Made by a program: the position numbers and the translations under genes
In this document: one piece after another, positions 33,662 through 41,819 of the stretch
Layout: each line of letters starts with the position of its first letter
How positions within the stretch are numbered: the first letter of the stretch is position 1
Notes under the pieces: model-generated
Told to the model about the DNA's origin: nothing
Seen by the model: only the letters and a program-made list of their open reading frames with translations
Database searches by the model: none
Origin: Acidimicrobiaceae bacterium
Lineage (GTDB): Bacteria; Actinomycetota; Acidimicrobiia; Acidimicrobiales; Palsa-688
Length of the DNA: 52,356 nt
NCBI GenBank assembly: GCA_030838045.1
Contig: JAUTXN010000137.1
Span: 1 to 52,356 of the forward strand
Reading direction: 5' to 3'

Positions 33662-33979
33662 GTGGCCGACGATGTCTGCGACGCCGGCGACGCACCTTGT
33701 TGGGCCAACCAAGTCTGCGACGGTTGCGGCGGCCTCCTCGAGGTTGGTGCGCCGCATGTCTGTCCCGCTGCGGCACGGCCGTTGAGGCGCATCATTGTGG
33801 GCTTCCACGAAGATGAGCACGGCGACTGGGTCGCCGAGTTGTCGTGCTCGCACGACCAGCACATCCGGCACCGCCCGCCCTTCCAGCTGCGGCCCTGGGT
33901 GCTCATCGAGGAGGAGCGGGTGGCGCACATCGGTAGCGAGATCGAATGCCCGCTGTGCGAGAACACGCCTATCGGCTGA
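33662..33979 (+). CDS. DUF3565 domain-containing protein
   Basis: The core is IVGFHEDEHGDWVAELSCSHDQHIRHRPPFQLRPWV...ECPLC (DUF3565, from memory), preceded by a Cys-rich N-terminus. GTG 33662 is in frame, 5 nt after the VOC stop. The track ORF start at 33485 overlaps the previous gene out of frame. Confidence 0.75.
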   Translation: MADDVCDAGDAPCWANQVCDGCGGLLEVGAPHVCPAAARPLRRIIVGFHEDEHGDWVAELSCSHDQHIRHRPPFQLRPWVLIEEERVAHIGSEIECPLCENTPIG

Positions 33980-34105
33980 TCATGCCGCCGACAACCGATT
34001 TGCGCATTCGGCGGAGAATGTCGTATTGCGGTCCCATTGATTATCCGACGAAGGAAGCGGGTACGCCCTCGTCAATCGAATTACAGGACAAGAACGGAGA
34101 ATCCA

Positions 34106-34345
34106 ATGGGACTCGGGACGAGCATCTTCCTTATTGCAGTTGGCGCTATTTTGAGCTTCGCAGTCGACGTCCAAACGCAGGGTTTCAATCTGCACACGAT
34201 CGGCCTGATCCTTATGGTCGTTGGTGCCATCGGAGCGGTGCTGTCGCTGATCTTCTGGAGCAGCTGGGGCGGCTTCCACAGCACCCGCGAGACGGTCATC
34301 GAGACCGGACCGAGGCGCCGGGTTTATCAGGACGAGATCGTCTAA
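34106..34345 (+). CDS. DUF6458-like small two-TM membrane protein
   Basis: ATG 34106 follows ggaga. The protein reads MGLGTSIFLIAVGAILSFAVDVQTQGFNLHTIGLILMVVGAIGAVLSLIFW. Confidence 0.75.
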   Translation: MGLGTSIFLIAVGAILSFAVDVQTQGFNLHTIGLILMVVGAIGAVLSLIFWSSWGGFHSTRETVIETGPRRRVYQDEIV

Positions 34346-34382
34346 CTGCAAGTTCTTCGACCTCAACCTCGACGACTGGATG

Positions 34383-34417
34383 CGGGGCTCACAGCGTGGT
34401 GAGCCCCGTTTCCGTTG
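34383..34417 (+). terminator. intrinsic terminator-like hairpin
   Basis: A 10-bp perfect stem (cggggctcac / gtgagccccg) has a 6-nt loop and is followed by tttccgttg. It lies 38 nt after the DUF6458 stop. Confidence 0.6.
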
Positions 34418-34445
34418 TCACGAGGTGAGGACGAGTTCATGGCGC

Positions 34446-36398
34446 TCATGCGGGATGGTTGACGGGATTGCTGGTAGCAGTCGGTGCGATGTCGGCGTCG
34501 ACGATTCGGTGGGGTGCCACGACGATGAGACGGTCGTTCGGCTGCAACTCGACCGACGCGGCCTTTGCAGGGTTGAGGATGATGCCCTCGGCCCGCCCGC
34601 CGGCAGCCGCGACCGATTGATAGCCGATCGCCAGGTGGCCGCACCGCTGCGCAGCCGCCACGTAGGAGCCATAGGGCAACGCCGACGAGGCGACGGTGTA
34701 GTCGCTCACCAGCCGGGTGCCGATTTCGGATCCCTGAACGTCGAACAAGTCTTCGAAAACCTTCTCCCGCTCCGGTATCTCGGCCAGCTGGGACAGCATC
34801 AGGGCGGTGAGCCGCTCGCTGACGATCAGGTCGTGGGCCCCGGCAATCCGTGCCAGTTCGACGTTGCGGATGTCCAGCACCTCGCACACGATGCTCATGT
34901 CGGCACCGACGTCGGGGTGGTTGCGCCTGAACTTGCGGAGCTGTAGGAGGGTCATGAGGGTTCTCGCATCGGCGGACTCGGGTGTCACGTCGGTGCGGTA
35001 GCACAGCACTACGACGCGCTCGTAATGCTCGGCGGCCGCCAAGGCCCCGACCTGCATGGGGGCCGATGTTCGCGTCCGTGTGACCAGCAGCTCGAGGTTG
35101 CGCAAACCAGGAACGTCAACGGAGCCGTCCGGGATGAGTGTCTCGTCGACCAGAACCCGGAGCAGGGAACCGGGGGGTACCCAGAGGTCCAGTTCGGAGA
35201 CGATCCGTGGAGCCAGAGGGTTCCAACCGACCATCAGTATCCGTGCCGGCTGACCGATACTGGCGCTGATCGGAGGCGGCGCCACGGGTGGCGGTTCCGC
35301 CTCTCGCCGCAAGCCAAGATGGTCCGTGTCACAGGCCACCACGATGGTCGCGTCACCCGGTCCGAACACGAAGTCGTCGGAGGGATTCAGTCGCACCAGG
35401 CCGGCCGCGGTACGGACCCCGATGGCAGACGCGGTCTCATAGCTGAGCACCAGGTCGCCAAACCGGCGTCCCTCCAGCGCCCGGCTCTCGTCGAACTGAA
35501 TTTCGACGTCTTCGAAGTCGAGCAGCTCCTGAAACACCGCACCAAGGCCGCTGTGCCGACACGCCTGGGCCGTGACTCGGGCGATGACGTCCGACGATGC
35601 GATGGTGATCGCCGCCCCGTCGGTTGCTTCGCGCAGCGCCTCGGCGTTCTCCGGGTACAGGCAGTCGGCCACCACTCGAAGGTTGGCGAAGCGGTCGTCG
35701 TCCATCAGCGCCAGCACGGTGCCGATGGCTTGGGCGTCGCCGTCGTCGTAGTTGCTCGCCAGCACGATGACCGAACGGCTCTCGTAGGGGCTGGTGCGGG
35801 CCAGATCGGCGGGGCTCGAGGGATCGCCGCTGCGGCACACGATGCGCGTTCGACCAAGGTCGGGGATGCGGGCACGGATTTCGCTGTCCATCTCCACCCG
35901 GTCCCGAGGGGCCAGCACGACGATGCAACTCCTTCGCTGGCCCCGGTAGGCGACGACGAGTTCGGAGATGACCGGGAAGATCTTCTCCGACCAACCCAAG
36001 ACCAGGGTGTGGCCCTCCTCCAGCACCTGGCTGCGTCCCTTGCGAAGTTCGGTGACCCGGCGATCGATGCCCGTCGCGACCAAACCGATCAGGGAGCTGG
36101 TCACGAGGATGCCGAACAGCACGACGAAGAGCGACTGCAGACGGAGGGGCCAACCTTCGTCGCTCTGCATGGCCGACGGATCGATCGACCGCAACATGTT
36201 CTCCCAGAGGGCCTCCAGGACGCTGGTCTGCTTGTTGGGGTGCATGGTGATACCGGCCACCGACACGATGACGCCCGTCAGAAGCACCACCGCGGCGGTA
36301 ATGGCCGCCAGCCAGACGATGACTCCGACCGTGCCGGACGCAAGCGTGGTGTCAAAGCGATAGCGGGTCCGAGCCCGGAAGGAATGACGGTTGGACAT
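34446..36398 (-). CDS. CASTOR/POLLUX-related putative ion channel with tandem RCK/TrkA-N-like domains
   Basis: The N-terminal membrane part is GVIVWLAAITAAVVLLTGVIVSV...LFVVLFGILVTSSLIGLVAT. Two repeats of the HTLVLGWSEKIFPVISEL... / RILMVGWNPLAPRIVSEL... type follow. ATG 36398 verified. There is no TVGYG filter. Confidence 0.8.
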   Translation of the reverse strand: MSNRHSFRARTRYRFDTTLASGTVGVIVWLAAITAAVVLLTGVIVSVAGITMHPNKQTSVLEALWENMLRSIDPSAMQSDEGWPLRLQSLFVVLFGILVTSSLIGLVATGIDRRVTELRKGRSQVLEEGHTLVLGWSEKIFPVISELVVAYRGQRRSCIVVLAPRDRVEMDSEIRARIPDLGRTRIVCRSGDPSSPADLARTSPYESRSVIVLASNYDDGDAQAIGTVLALMDDDRFANLRVVADCLYPENAEALREATDGAAITIASSDVIARVTAQACRHSGLGAVFQELLDFEDVEIQFDESRALEGRRFGDLVLSYETASAIGVRTAAGLVRLNPSDDFVFGPGDATIVVACDTDHLGLRREAEPPPVAPPPISASIGQPARILMVGWNPLAPRIVSELDLWVPPGSLLRVLVDETLIPDGSVDVPGLRNLELLVTRTRTSAPMQVGALAAAEHYERVVVLCYRTDVTPESADARTLMTLLQLRKFRRNHPDVGADMSIVCEVLDIRNVELARIAGAHDLIVSERLTALMLSQLAEIPEREKVFEDLFDVQGSEIGTRLVSDYTVASSALPYGSYVAAAQRCGHLAIGYQSVAAAGGRAEGIILNPAKAASVELQPNDRLIVVAPHRIVDADIAPTATSNPVNHPA

Positions 36399-36493
36399 GG
36401 AGGCCCCTTCAGCAGAAGTTGATTGCCGGCGCAGCGGGCGCGCGGGCAAGCGTCGGGATGTTCGCCAGGCGCTTCATGGGGGACCACGCACCG

Positions 36494-37945
36494 TCAATGG
36501 ACTCGCACCAAACGAAGAACATCGGTGGCTGGCTCGAGCTCATCGGGGAATCCGACCAGGACCACCACGATGTCGCCGGGCCGGCAGGCGCCGGCTTCGA
36601 CGGCGGCCTTCACGGAGAACCACACGATGTCGTCGATCGACGACCGTTCCTGGTCGAGGACCGACTGGATGCCCCAGGCGACCGAGAGCTGCCGGGCCGT
36701 TCGCAGAGATGGTGTGACCGCCACGACCGGAACCGGGGGGCGGAACCGGGAGATCGAGCGGGCCGTGGTGCCCGAGCGGGTGGCGCAGATGATCGCCGAT
36801 GCGTCGGCGTCGTAGGCGGCTCGCCACGCCGCGGCGGTGATGGCCGAGACGATCCTCGTCGCGTTCGGCGCCTCGCCGGATGCGCCGTGGCGGCGCCCCA
36901 GCTCGCTACCCCATGCGTAGTAGTCGAATTCCTGTTCCGCGGCCAAGGCGATTCGGGCCATCCACGCCACCGCGGCCACGGGGTCATGGCCGACCGCGGT
37001 CTCGGCCGAGAGCATGAGGGCGCTGCTGCCGTCGAGCACGGCGTTGGCGACGTCGGAGACCTCGGCGCGCGTCGGTGTAGGGGCCTGAATCATCGATTCG
37101 AGCATTTGAGTGGCGGTGATCACCGGCAGCGCCCGGGACACGCCGCTGCGGATGATCCGCTTCTGGATGTGGGGAACTCGCTCGAGGGGGATTCGCACCC
37201 CGAGATCGCCCCGAGCCACCATCACGCCATCGGACGCCTCGATGATGGCGTCGAGATCGTCCACCGCCGCGGGAGTTTCGATCTTGGCGACCAACATGGG
37301 ACCGTCGGGCCCGACGGCGTTTCGCACCGCCCGCACATCGGCCGAGGTGCGGACGAACGAGATCGCGACGGCATCGACGCCCGCTTCGGTGACCGCGTCG
37401 AGCAGCCTCATATCCTCAGGCGTCGGTGTGGGGATGGAGAACTTCTCGGGCGGAAGGTTCACTCCCGGCCGGCCTCGCAACACCCCACCGCTGCGCACCC
37501 GAGCGACGGCACCACTGGGCTCGACCGCTTCGACCAGCAGGGTGACACCGCCGTCACCCAGCGCGATGAGGTCCCCCGGTTCGATGTCCTGCAGGAGTCG
37601 CGGATAGTCGATGCCGATCACGGTCGGGCCGCTGCTGCCACCTTCGGGAACCAGTCCCACCTGAGCGCCCTCGCTCAGTGCCACTCCCTCGGCGGGAAAC
37701 GAGCCGGCCCGTACCTTGGGTCCCGGGAGGTCGGCCAGCACGCCGATGTGGCGGCCGCACACCTCGGCGGCGCCCCGGATCAGCCGCATCTTGGCGATGC
37801 TCGCCTCCACCGGCTCGTGAGCCAGTCCCAAGCGGGCCATGTCCATTCCCGCGTGGATCATCTGGACCAGGAGCGCGGGATCGGCCGACGCCGGGCCGAT
37901 TGTGGCCACGATCTTGGTCCGCCTGGCGGGCGAGGCGCGGGCCAC
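36494..37945 (-). CDS. pyk: pyruvate kinase
   Basis: RRTKIVATIGPAS...GMDMARLGLAH...VLADLPGPKVR...ISFVRTSADV...MLVAKIETPAAV...DGVMVARGDLGV...VITATQMLESM...PTRAEVSDVANAVLDG..ALMLSAETAVG. Confidence 0.93.
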   Translation of the reverse strand: MARASPARRTKIVATIGPASADPALLVQMIHAGMDMARLGLAHEPVEASIAKMRLIRGAAEVCGRHIGVLADLPGPKVRAGSFPAEGVALSEGAQVGLVPEGGSSGPTVIGIDYPRLLQDIEPGDLIALGDGGVTLLVEAVEPSGAVARVRSGGVLRGRPGVNLPPEKFSIPTPTPEDMRLLDAVTEAGVDAVAISFVRTSADVRAVRNAVGPDGPMLVAKIETPAAVDDLDAIIEASDGVMVARGDLGVRIPLERVPHIQKRIIRSGVSRALPVITATQMLESMIQAPTPTRAEVSDVANAVLDGSSALMLSAETAVGHDPVAAVAWMARIALAAEQEFDYYAWGSELGRRHGASGEAPNATRIVSAITAAAWRAAYDADASAIICATRSGTTARSISRFRPPVPVVAVTPSLRTARQLSVAWGIQSVLDQERSSIDDIVWFSVKAAVEAGACRPGDIVVVLVGFPDELEPATDVLRLVRVH

Positions 37946-38058
37946 GACGAGCGGACCTACCCCTGGGCTCTTGTCGTCGGCCGGCTCATGGTGTCGAGGA
38001 TATTGCGGCCGATGCCCCGATGTTCCCGGGCTGCCGGGTTTTGACCGACGTCGTGGCT

Positions 38059-38613
38059 CTAAGGAGACTTGTCGAGGTGGGCTTCAAGCGCCGCCAGGGC
38101 GTCGAGGATCCGGTTCCTGATGGCCGGGTCGGCGATCAGGCCGTCGGTCCCGATGGCATCGCGGGGTACCGGTACGTGGGCGCACGCCTCCTCGACGAGG
38201 ATCGAGCCCACGTAGCCGAGCACGATTCGCAGTGAGTCGTGGGCCTTGGTGGCGCCCGTCGGCGCACCGGAGGCGTTCAGCCAGGCGACCGGCTTCTGGT
38301 AGATCTCGCCCCCGCCGACGGTCCAGTCGAGGAGGTTCTTGAACGACCCAGGGAGGGCACCGGCGTATTCCGGGGTGGAGAACACCACCGCCTCAGTGGA
38401 CGCGATCTGGGCCCGGAGGGCGGCGACGGCGGGGTGAAGCGACTCGACATCGTCGTCGGGGTTGAAATGCGGCAGGTCACCCAGGCCGTGGTACAGCGCC
38501 ACCTCTAGGCTGGCGGGCGCGATCGACTGGATGGTGCTGAGAAGTGCCGTGTTGGTCGAACCCCGCCGCATGCTGCCGGAGATCAGGAGAATCCGGTGGG
38601 CGCCGGGCGCCAT
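38059..38613 (-). CDS. NAD(P)H-dependent FMN reductase-family oxidoreductase
   Basis: The motifs are RILLISGSMRRGSTNTALL, VVFSTPEYAGALPGSFKNLLDW and KPVAWLNASG. ATG 38613 verified; the upstream TGA is 2 nt before it. Confidence 0.88.
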   Translation of the reverse strand: MAPGAHRILLISGSMRRGSTNTALLSTIQSIAPASLEVALYHGLGDLPHFNPDDDVESLHPAVAALRAQIASTEAVVFSTPEYAGALPGSFKNLLDWTVGGGEIYQKPVAWLNASGAPTGATKAHDSLRIVLGYVGSILVEEACAHVPVPRDAIGTDGLIADPAIRNRILDALAALEAHLDKSP

Positions 38614-38615
38614 TA

Positions 38616-38974
38616 TCAGACCTTCGGTGGCGTCGTCGGGGGCCAGTACCGGCTGTCGGCATCGGCCGGACCCATGAGCCCGATCGCGTTGCCGTCGGGA
38701 TCTTCGACGATGGCGTAGCGGGCCCCCCAGAACGCGTCGTAGGGCGCCTGCTGGGCGCGGTATCCCGCGGCCGAGAAGGCGACCGACGCATCGATCTCCC
38801 GGGCGACCAGGTTGATCTGGCGTAACTCTGGCACCGTCACGAATCGCGAAGCTACCGTCGCCGAGCCCGCCAAGCCTCCTCCGCGGGCCAGCGTCGAGCC
38901 CAGTCGGTGGTGACGAACGAGTGGTCGAGGTCCTCGGTTTCGTCGGGAACGCGGATCTCGATGAGTTCCTCCAC
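38616..38974 (-). pseudogene. VOC/glyoxalase-family gene with an apparent 1-nt frameshift (or a 74-aa C-terminal half-domain ORF, 38616..38840)
   Basis: The C-terminal frame reads RFVTVPELRQINLVAREIDASVAFSAAGYRAQQAPYDAFWGARYAIVEDPDGNAIGLMGP, a typical VOC second half. The plausible first half, (M)EELIEIRVPDETEDLDHSFVTT, is in a different frame that stops at 38852. The frames can be joined near the caccacc run (38907-38913), giving ...DLDHSFVTT/RLGSTLARGGG.... Confidence 0.5.
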
Positions 38975-39039
38975 TTCGACGCCTTCGGTGTCGGCGGCGG
39001 GCGGCGCGCAGGCGCTGCGGGGGGGCCAAGCGGATCTCG

Positions 39040-39411
39040 ATGAGTTTTGCCGGCTCTGGTCGTCATAGCGGTGTGCCGCGACGACACGACGACGAGCCGC
39101 ACGCGACGCTGGCGCTGTCGCTGGTGCGCGCCGGCGTCGAGGTGGCCACCTGGCGCTTGCCGGTTGACGAGCCAATCGACCTGTCGGTCGTCGAGCGGGT
39201 GGCGCGACTCCAGTTGGCCGCCCGACGGCTCGGTTACTCGGTGCAGCTGCGCCAGCCGTCGCGGGCGCTGTGCGAGCTACTGCATCTCGTGGGCCTCGCC
39301 GACGTCGTCGGGAGTGCCGACGGGTTAGTCGTCGAGGTGGGTGGGGAGTCCGAAGGCCGGGAACAGGTTCGTGTCGAGGAAGGCGTTGAACGCGGAGATC
39401 CGGTCACCTGA
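39040..39411 (+). CDS. STAS-like small protein (hypothetical)
   Basis: IDLSVVERVARLQLAARRLGYSVQLRQPSRALCELLHLVGLADVV resembles small actinobacterial STAS-domain ORFs that I recall. GC3 is high. Its last 87 nt overlap the convergent sigma-factor gene, so the true stop and extent are uncertain. Confidence 0.4.
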   Translation: MSFAGSGRHSGVPRRHDDEPHATLALSLVRAGVEVATWRLPVDEPIDLSVVERVARLQLAARRLGYSVQLRQPSRALCELLHLVGLADVVGSADGLVVEVGGESEGREQVRVEEGVERGDPVT

Positions 39412-40335
39412 CACTTCGATGACCTGGATCGCCCACGGCGTGTGTCCGCCGTTCGGATCCACCCGGTACTGCCCGAACGCCGGGCAGCCATTCGCCTCCG
39501 TGGCGATCAGGCGAGACCCGGCGCAGCCGATACCAGCACCGAGGAACCAGCGCCCGATCTCGTCACGGCCCCGCATCCACATGGCGTAGGGCGGCATCGA
39601 CTGGACGGCGTCCTCATGCAGCAGGGCCACCAGGCGTTCGATGTCGTAGCGCTCGAAGGCGTCGACATAGCGGGCGAGGAGATCCTGTTGGTCGGCATCC
39701 ATGGATTGCCCGGTCCCGGCACTGAGATCGCGGCTGGCGAGCGTCGCCCGGGCGCGCTGGAGCGCGCTGTTGACCGAGGCGACACTCGTATCCAGCAATT
39801 CCGCCACTTCGGTCGCCTGCCACCGGAGAACCTCCCGGAGGATCAACACCGCTCGCTGACGGGCGGGGAGATGCTGGAGCGCCGTGACGAATGCCAGGCG
39901 GATGGTCTCCTTCGCCTCGGCCAGCTCGGCGGGATCGCCGGTCTCCGGCAGGACGCGCGAATCGGCAATCGGCGTCACCCACAGGTTCTCCGGGAGCAGC
40001 GGCCCCAGGTGGGTCGGATCGGCGGGCGACGAGGGCCCCATCTCCATGGGCCGGGCTCGCCGTTGGCGGCCCCGCAGCATGTCCAGGCACACATTGGTGG
40101 CGATGCGATAGACCCACGAGCGCACCGCCGAACGACCCTCGAAGCTGTCGAAGGAGCGCCAGGCCCGGACCATCGTCTCCTGGACGGCGTCCTCGGCCTC
40201 GAAGCCGGAACCCATCATCCGGTAGCAGTACCCAGTCAGTTCCCGCCGGTACTGCTCGAGATCCTCGGGTCGGAACACACCCTCGAGAGATTCAGATCGA
40301 ACCGCCACGGGGGAACACTCTACGACGGCGGTCAT
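39325..40335 (-). CDS. ECF-type sigma-70 factor with C-terminal SnoaL/NTF2-like extension (SigG/TIGR02960-like)
   Basis: Region 2 is YRRELTGYCYRMMGSGFEAEDAVQETMVRAWRSFDSFEGRSAVRSWVYRIATNVCLD. Region 4 is LPARQRAVLILREVLRWQATEVAELLDTSVASVNSALQRAR. A tail of about 130 aa follows (LLARYVDAFERYDIERLVALLHEDA...). ATG 40335 follows ggagg. Confidence 0.88.
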   Translation of the reverse strand: MTAVVECSPVAVRSESLEGVFRPEDLEQYRRELTGYCYRMMGSGFEAEDAVQETMVRAWRSFDSFEGRSAVRSWVYRIATNVCLDMLRGRQRRARPMEMGPSSPADPTHLGPLLPENLWVTPIADSRVLPETGDPAELAEAKETIRLAFVTALQHLPARQRAVLILREVLRWQATEVAELLDTSVASVNSALQRARATLASRDLSAGTGQSMDADQQDLLARYVDAFERYDIERLVALLHEDAVQSMPPYAMWMRGRDEIGRWFLGAGIGCAGSRLIATEANGCPAFGQYRVDPNGGHTPWAIQVIEVSGDRISAFNAFLDTNLFPAFGLPTHLDD

Positions 40336-40431
40336 CGATATGCCTCCGACTTCAGGGTCTGGCGCGGTCCCGCGGTGGGCGCGCTCGGGGGTAGGACGAC
40401 GGATCGGCCCCGAACTCATCGCGGGTGTCGC

Positions 40432-40908
40432 CTACGGCGCGGCGTCTCCTCGGAGCTCCGCCAACGCCTTGGCGATGCGCCGGAGCCGGGTGTCCTCGGT
40501 CTTGGCGCCGTCGACCGACAGCACGTAGCGCAGCTGGGCGCTGTTGGACAGGCCATCGAAGCGGCTTCGGGCGCGCTCGTCCGCGTCAAGGGCCGCCGCC
40601 AGCTCCGGCGGCACCGTCACCTGGCGGACTTCGAGGTCGACTTCGAGGCCAACATCGACCTCGTCGCCCGCCGCCACGCCGGCCGCGGCCCGGATTTCGG
40701 CGCTCACCGGAAGGAGGAATCGGCCGCCCATCGACGCCACGCTGCTCCGATAGGTGTACCCGTTGATGGTGGCCTGCACCTTGGGGCGCTTGCCGGCCGC
40801 CAGCGCCGTGACCATCGCCTCCGGCACGACGATCCCAGTGGCCGTCTTCCCATTGAGATCGATCGTGGCGCGAAAGGCGATCCTGTTGTTGGAGGTCGGG
40901 GTCGGCAT
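40432..40908 (-). CDS. DUF1905 / YdeI-OmpD-associated family protein
   Basis: FRATIDLNGKTATGIVVPEAMVTAL...RPKVQATINGYTYRSSVASMGGRFLLPVSAEIRAAAGVAAGDEV is the DUF1905 barrel. A C-terminal YdeI-like helix region follows (LSNSAQLRYVLSVDGAKTEDTRLRRI). Confidence 0.85.
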   Translation of the reverse strand: MPTPTSNNRIAFRATIDLNGKTATGIVVPEAMVTALAAGKRPKVQATINGYTYRSSVASMGGRFLLPVSAEIRAAAGVAAGDEVDVGLEVDLEVRQVTVPPELAAALDADERARSRFDGLSNSAQLRYVLSVDGAKTEDTRLRRIAKALAELRGDAAP

Positions 40909-41088
40909 GGGATTCCTCTCGTAGGGCTCGCAGTCCGTCGTTTCAGCAGGTGGGACGACCGAAGGAGCCCGGACTCATCGCAATCGGTTGGCACGGTATA
41001 TCCGTCGGGGTTGGTGGGTGGTGCGCCCGGGGTGAGCGCCACGAGTTGGTCGATGTGGTTTTCGAGGGCATCCAGACGATGAGACAAC

Positions 41089-41123
41089 GCGACGAAGGGC
41101 GGAGGAACTCCGCCCTTCGTCGC
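41089..41123. terminator. 15-bp perfect-stem hairpin (terminator-like, orientation ambiguous)
   Basis: The arms are gcgacgaagggcgga and tccgcccttcgtcgc, with loop ggaac. It lies 16 nt downstream of the 59-aa minus-strand ORF (stop at 41139). The U-tracts are weak on either strand (gtcttgtt on plus, gttgtctc on minus). Confidence 0.5.
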
Positions 41124-41138
41124 GTCTTGTTGGCAATG

Positions 41139-41318
41139 TCATGCCTGGATCGGCGTCCGCTCTGCGGCGGTGCTCCAGATCCGGTGGCTGCGCCACCGGT
41201 GACGATGCGGATGCTTCTCGGGCCGGCTCGATTCGAGCAGCCAGCGGTTGGTGGCGACGTGCTCGGCACGGCCGTTTCGGTCGGCGATGCGGGCGCGCGC
41301 TATCTGGGCGTTCAACAT
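41139..41318 (-). CDS. 59-aa basic/His-rich hypothetical miniprotein
   Basis: Hand translation from ATG 41318 preceded by gaaggag (7-nt spacing) gives MLNAQIARARIADRNGRAEHVATNRWLLESSRPEKHPHRHRWRSHRIWSTAAERTPIQA. It is one residue below the ORF-track cut-off. There is no family assignment. Confidence 0.4.
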   Translation of the reverse strand: MLNAQIARARIADRNGRAEHVATNRWLLESSRPEKHPHRHRWRSHRIWSTAAERTPIQA

Positions 41319-41546
41319 GGTCGTGCTCCTTCGGGGTGGTGATGACCTGGGTCAGGGACGCCGCGTCACTGAGACGCGGCACTGCCTGAACGGCGGAACG
41401 GCCGGCTCAGGGAGTCCGAAGGCCGGCGTCCGATCGGCAGGCAGGAATGGATGCCATCAGAGTGATGTCGAAAACCAACGTGCCTCCTTTCGGTGCCGGG
41501 AAAATGTCGTGCCCTCATTTGTACCTTCTTTCACCCAGCCGGGCGA

Positions 41547-41819
41547 ATGAATTACCGGTGTAGCCTCAGCGCCGAAATGACCGAGGACCCGCCCCGTCGA
41601 ACCGGAGACTTCAGCGCCGAGGAGCGCCAGCGCCTGCGCATCGTGCATCACCGCCTGCGCAACGCCTCCCAAGCGATCGAATCGCTCCTGGCGACCGAGC
41701 AGCTGCCGCGCCGGTGGGCCCCCGAACCCGCCCCGGCCGAGGCCGTCGACGGCGCCAAGCAAGAGTTGGAGCAGGCTTACCAAGCCGTCGTGGAGTGCCA
41801 CCGGGAGCTCGCCCTCTAG
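41547..41819 (+). CDS. hypothetical helical protein (start 41547 or 41577)
   Basis: It has balanced composition and high GC3: MTEDPPRRTGDFSAEERQRLRIVHHRLRNASQAIESLLATEQLP...AKQELEQAYQAVVECHRELAL. Its stop interlocks with the convergent pabBC stop. There is no family assignment. Confidence 0.5.
   Translation: MNYRCSLSAEMTEDPPRRTGDFSAEERQRLRIVHHRLRNASQAIESLLATEQLPRRWAPEPAPAEAVDGAKQELEQAYQAVVECHRELAL

Noticed and set aside
38059-39102. A 347-aa ORF joining the FMN reductase to upstream sequence.
   Set aside because: Recognisable flavodoxin-like sequence starts at ATG 38613. The upstream 160 aa are Arg/Pro-rich and overlap the VOC remnant in another frame.
39344-41426. An identical 17-mer gggagtccgaaggccgg at 39344-39360 (inside the sigma gene's 3' end) and at 41410-41426 (intergenic).
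   Set aside because: It is a single exact 17-mer with no extended similarity on either side. In 52 kb of strongly GC-biased sequence, one such match is plausible by chance. I found no supporting structure.
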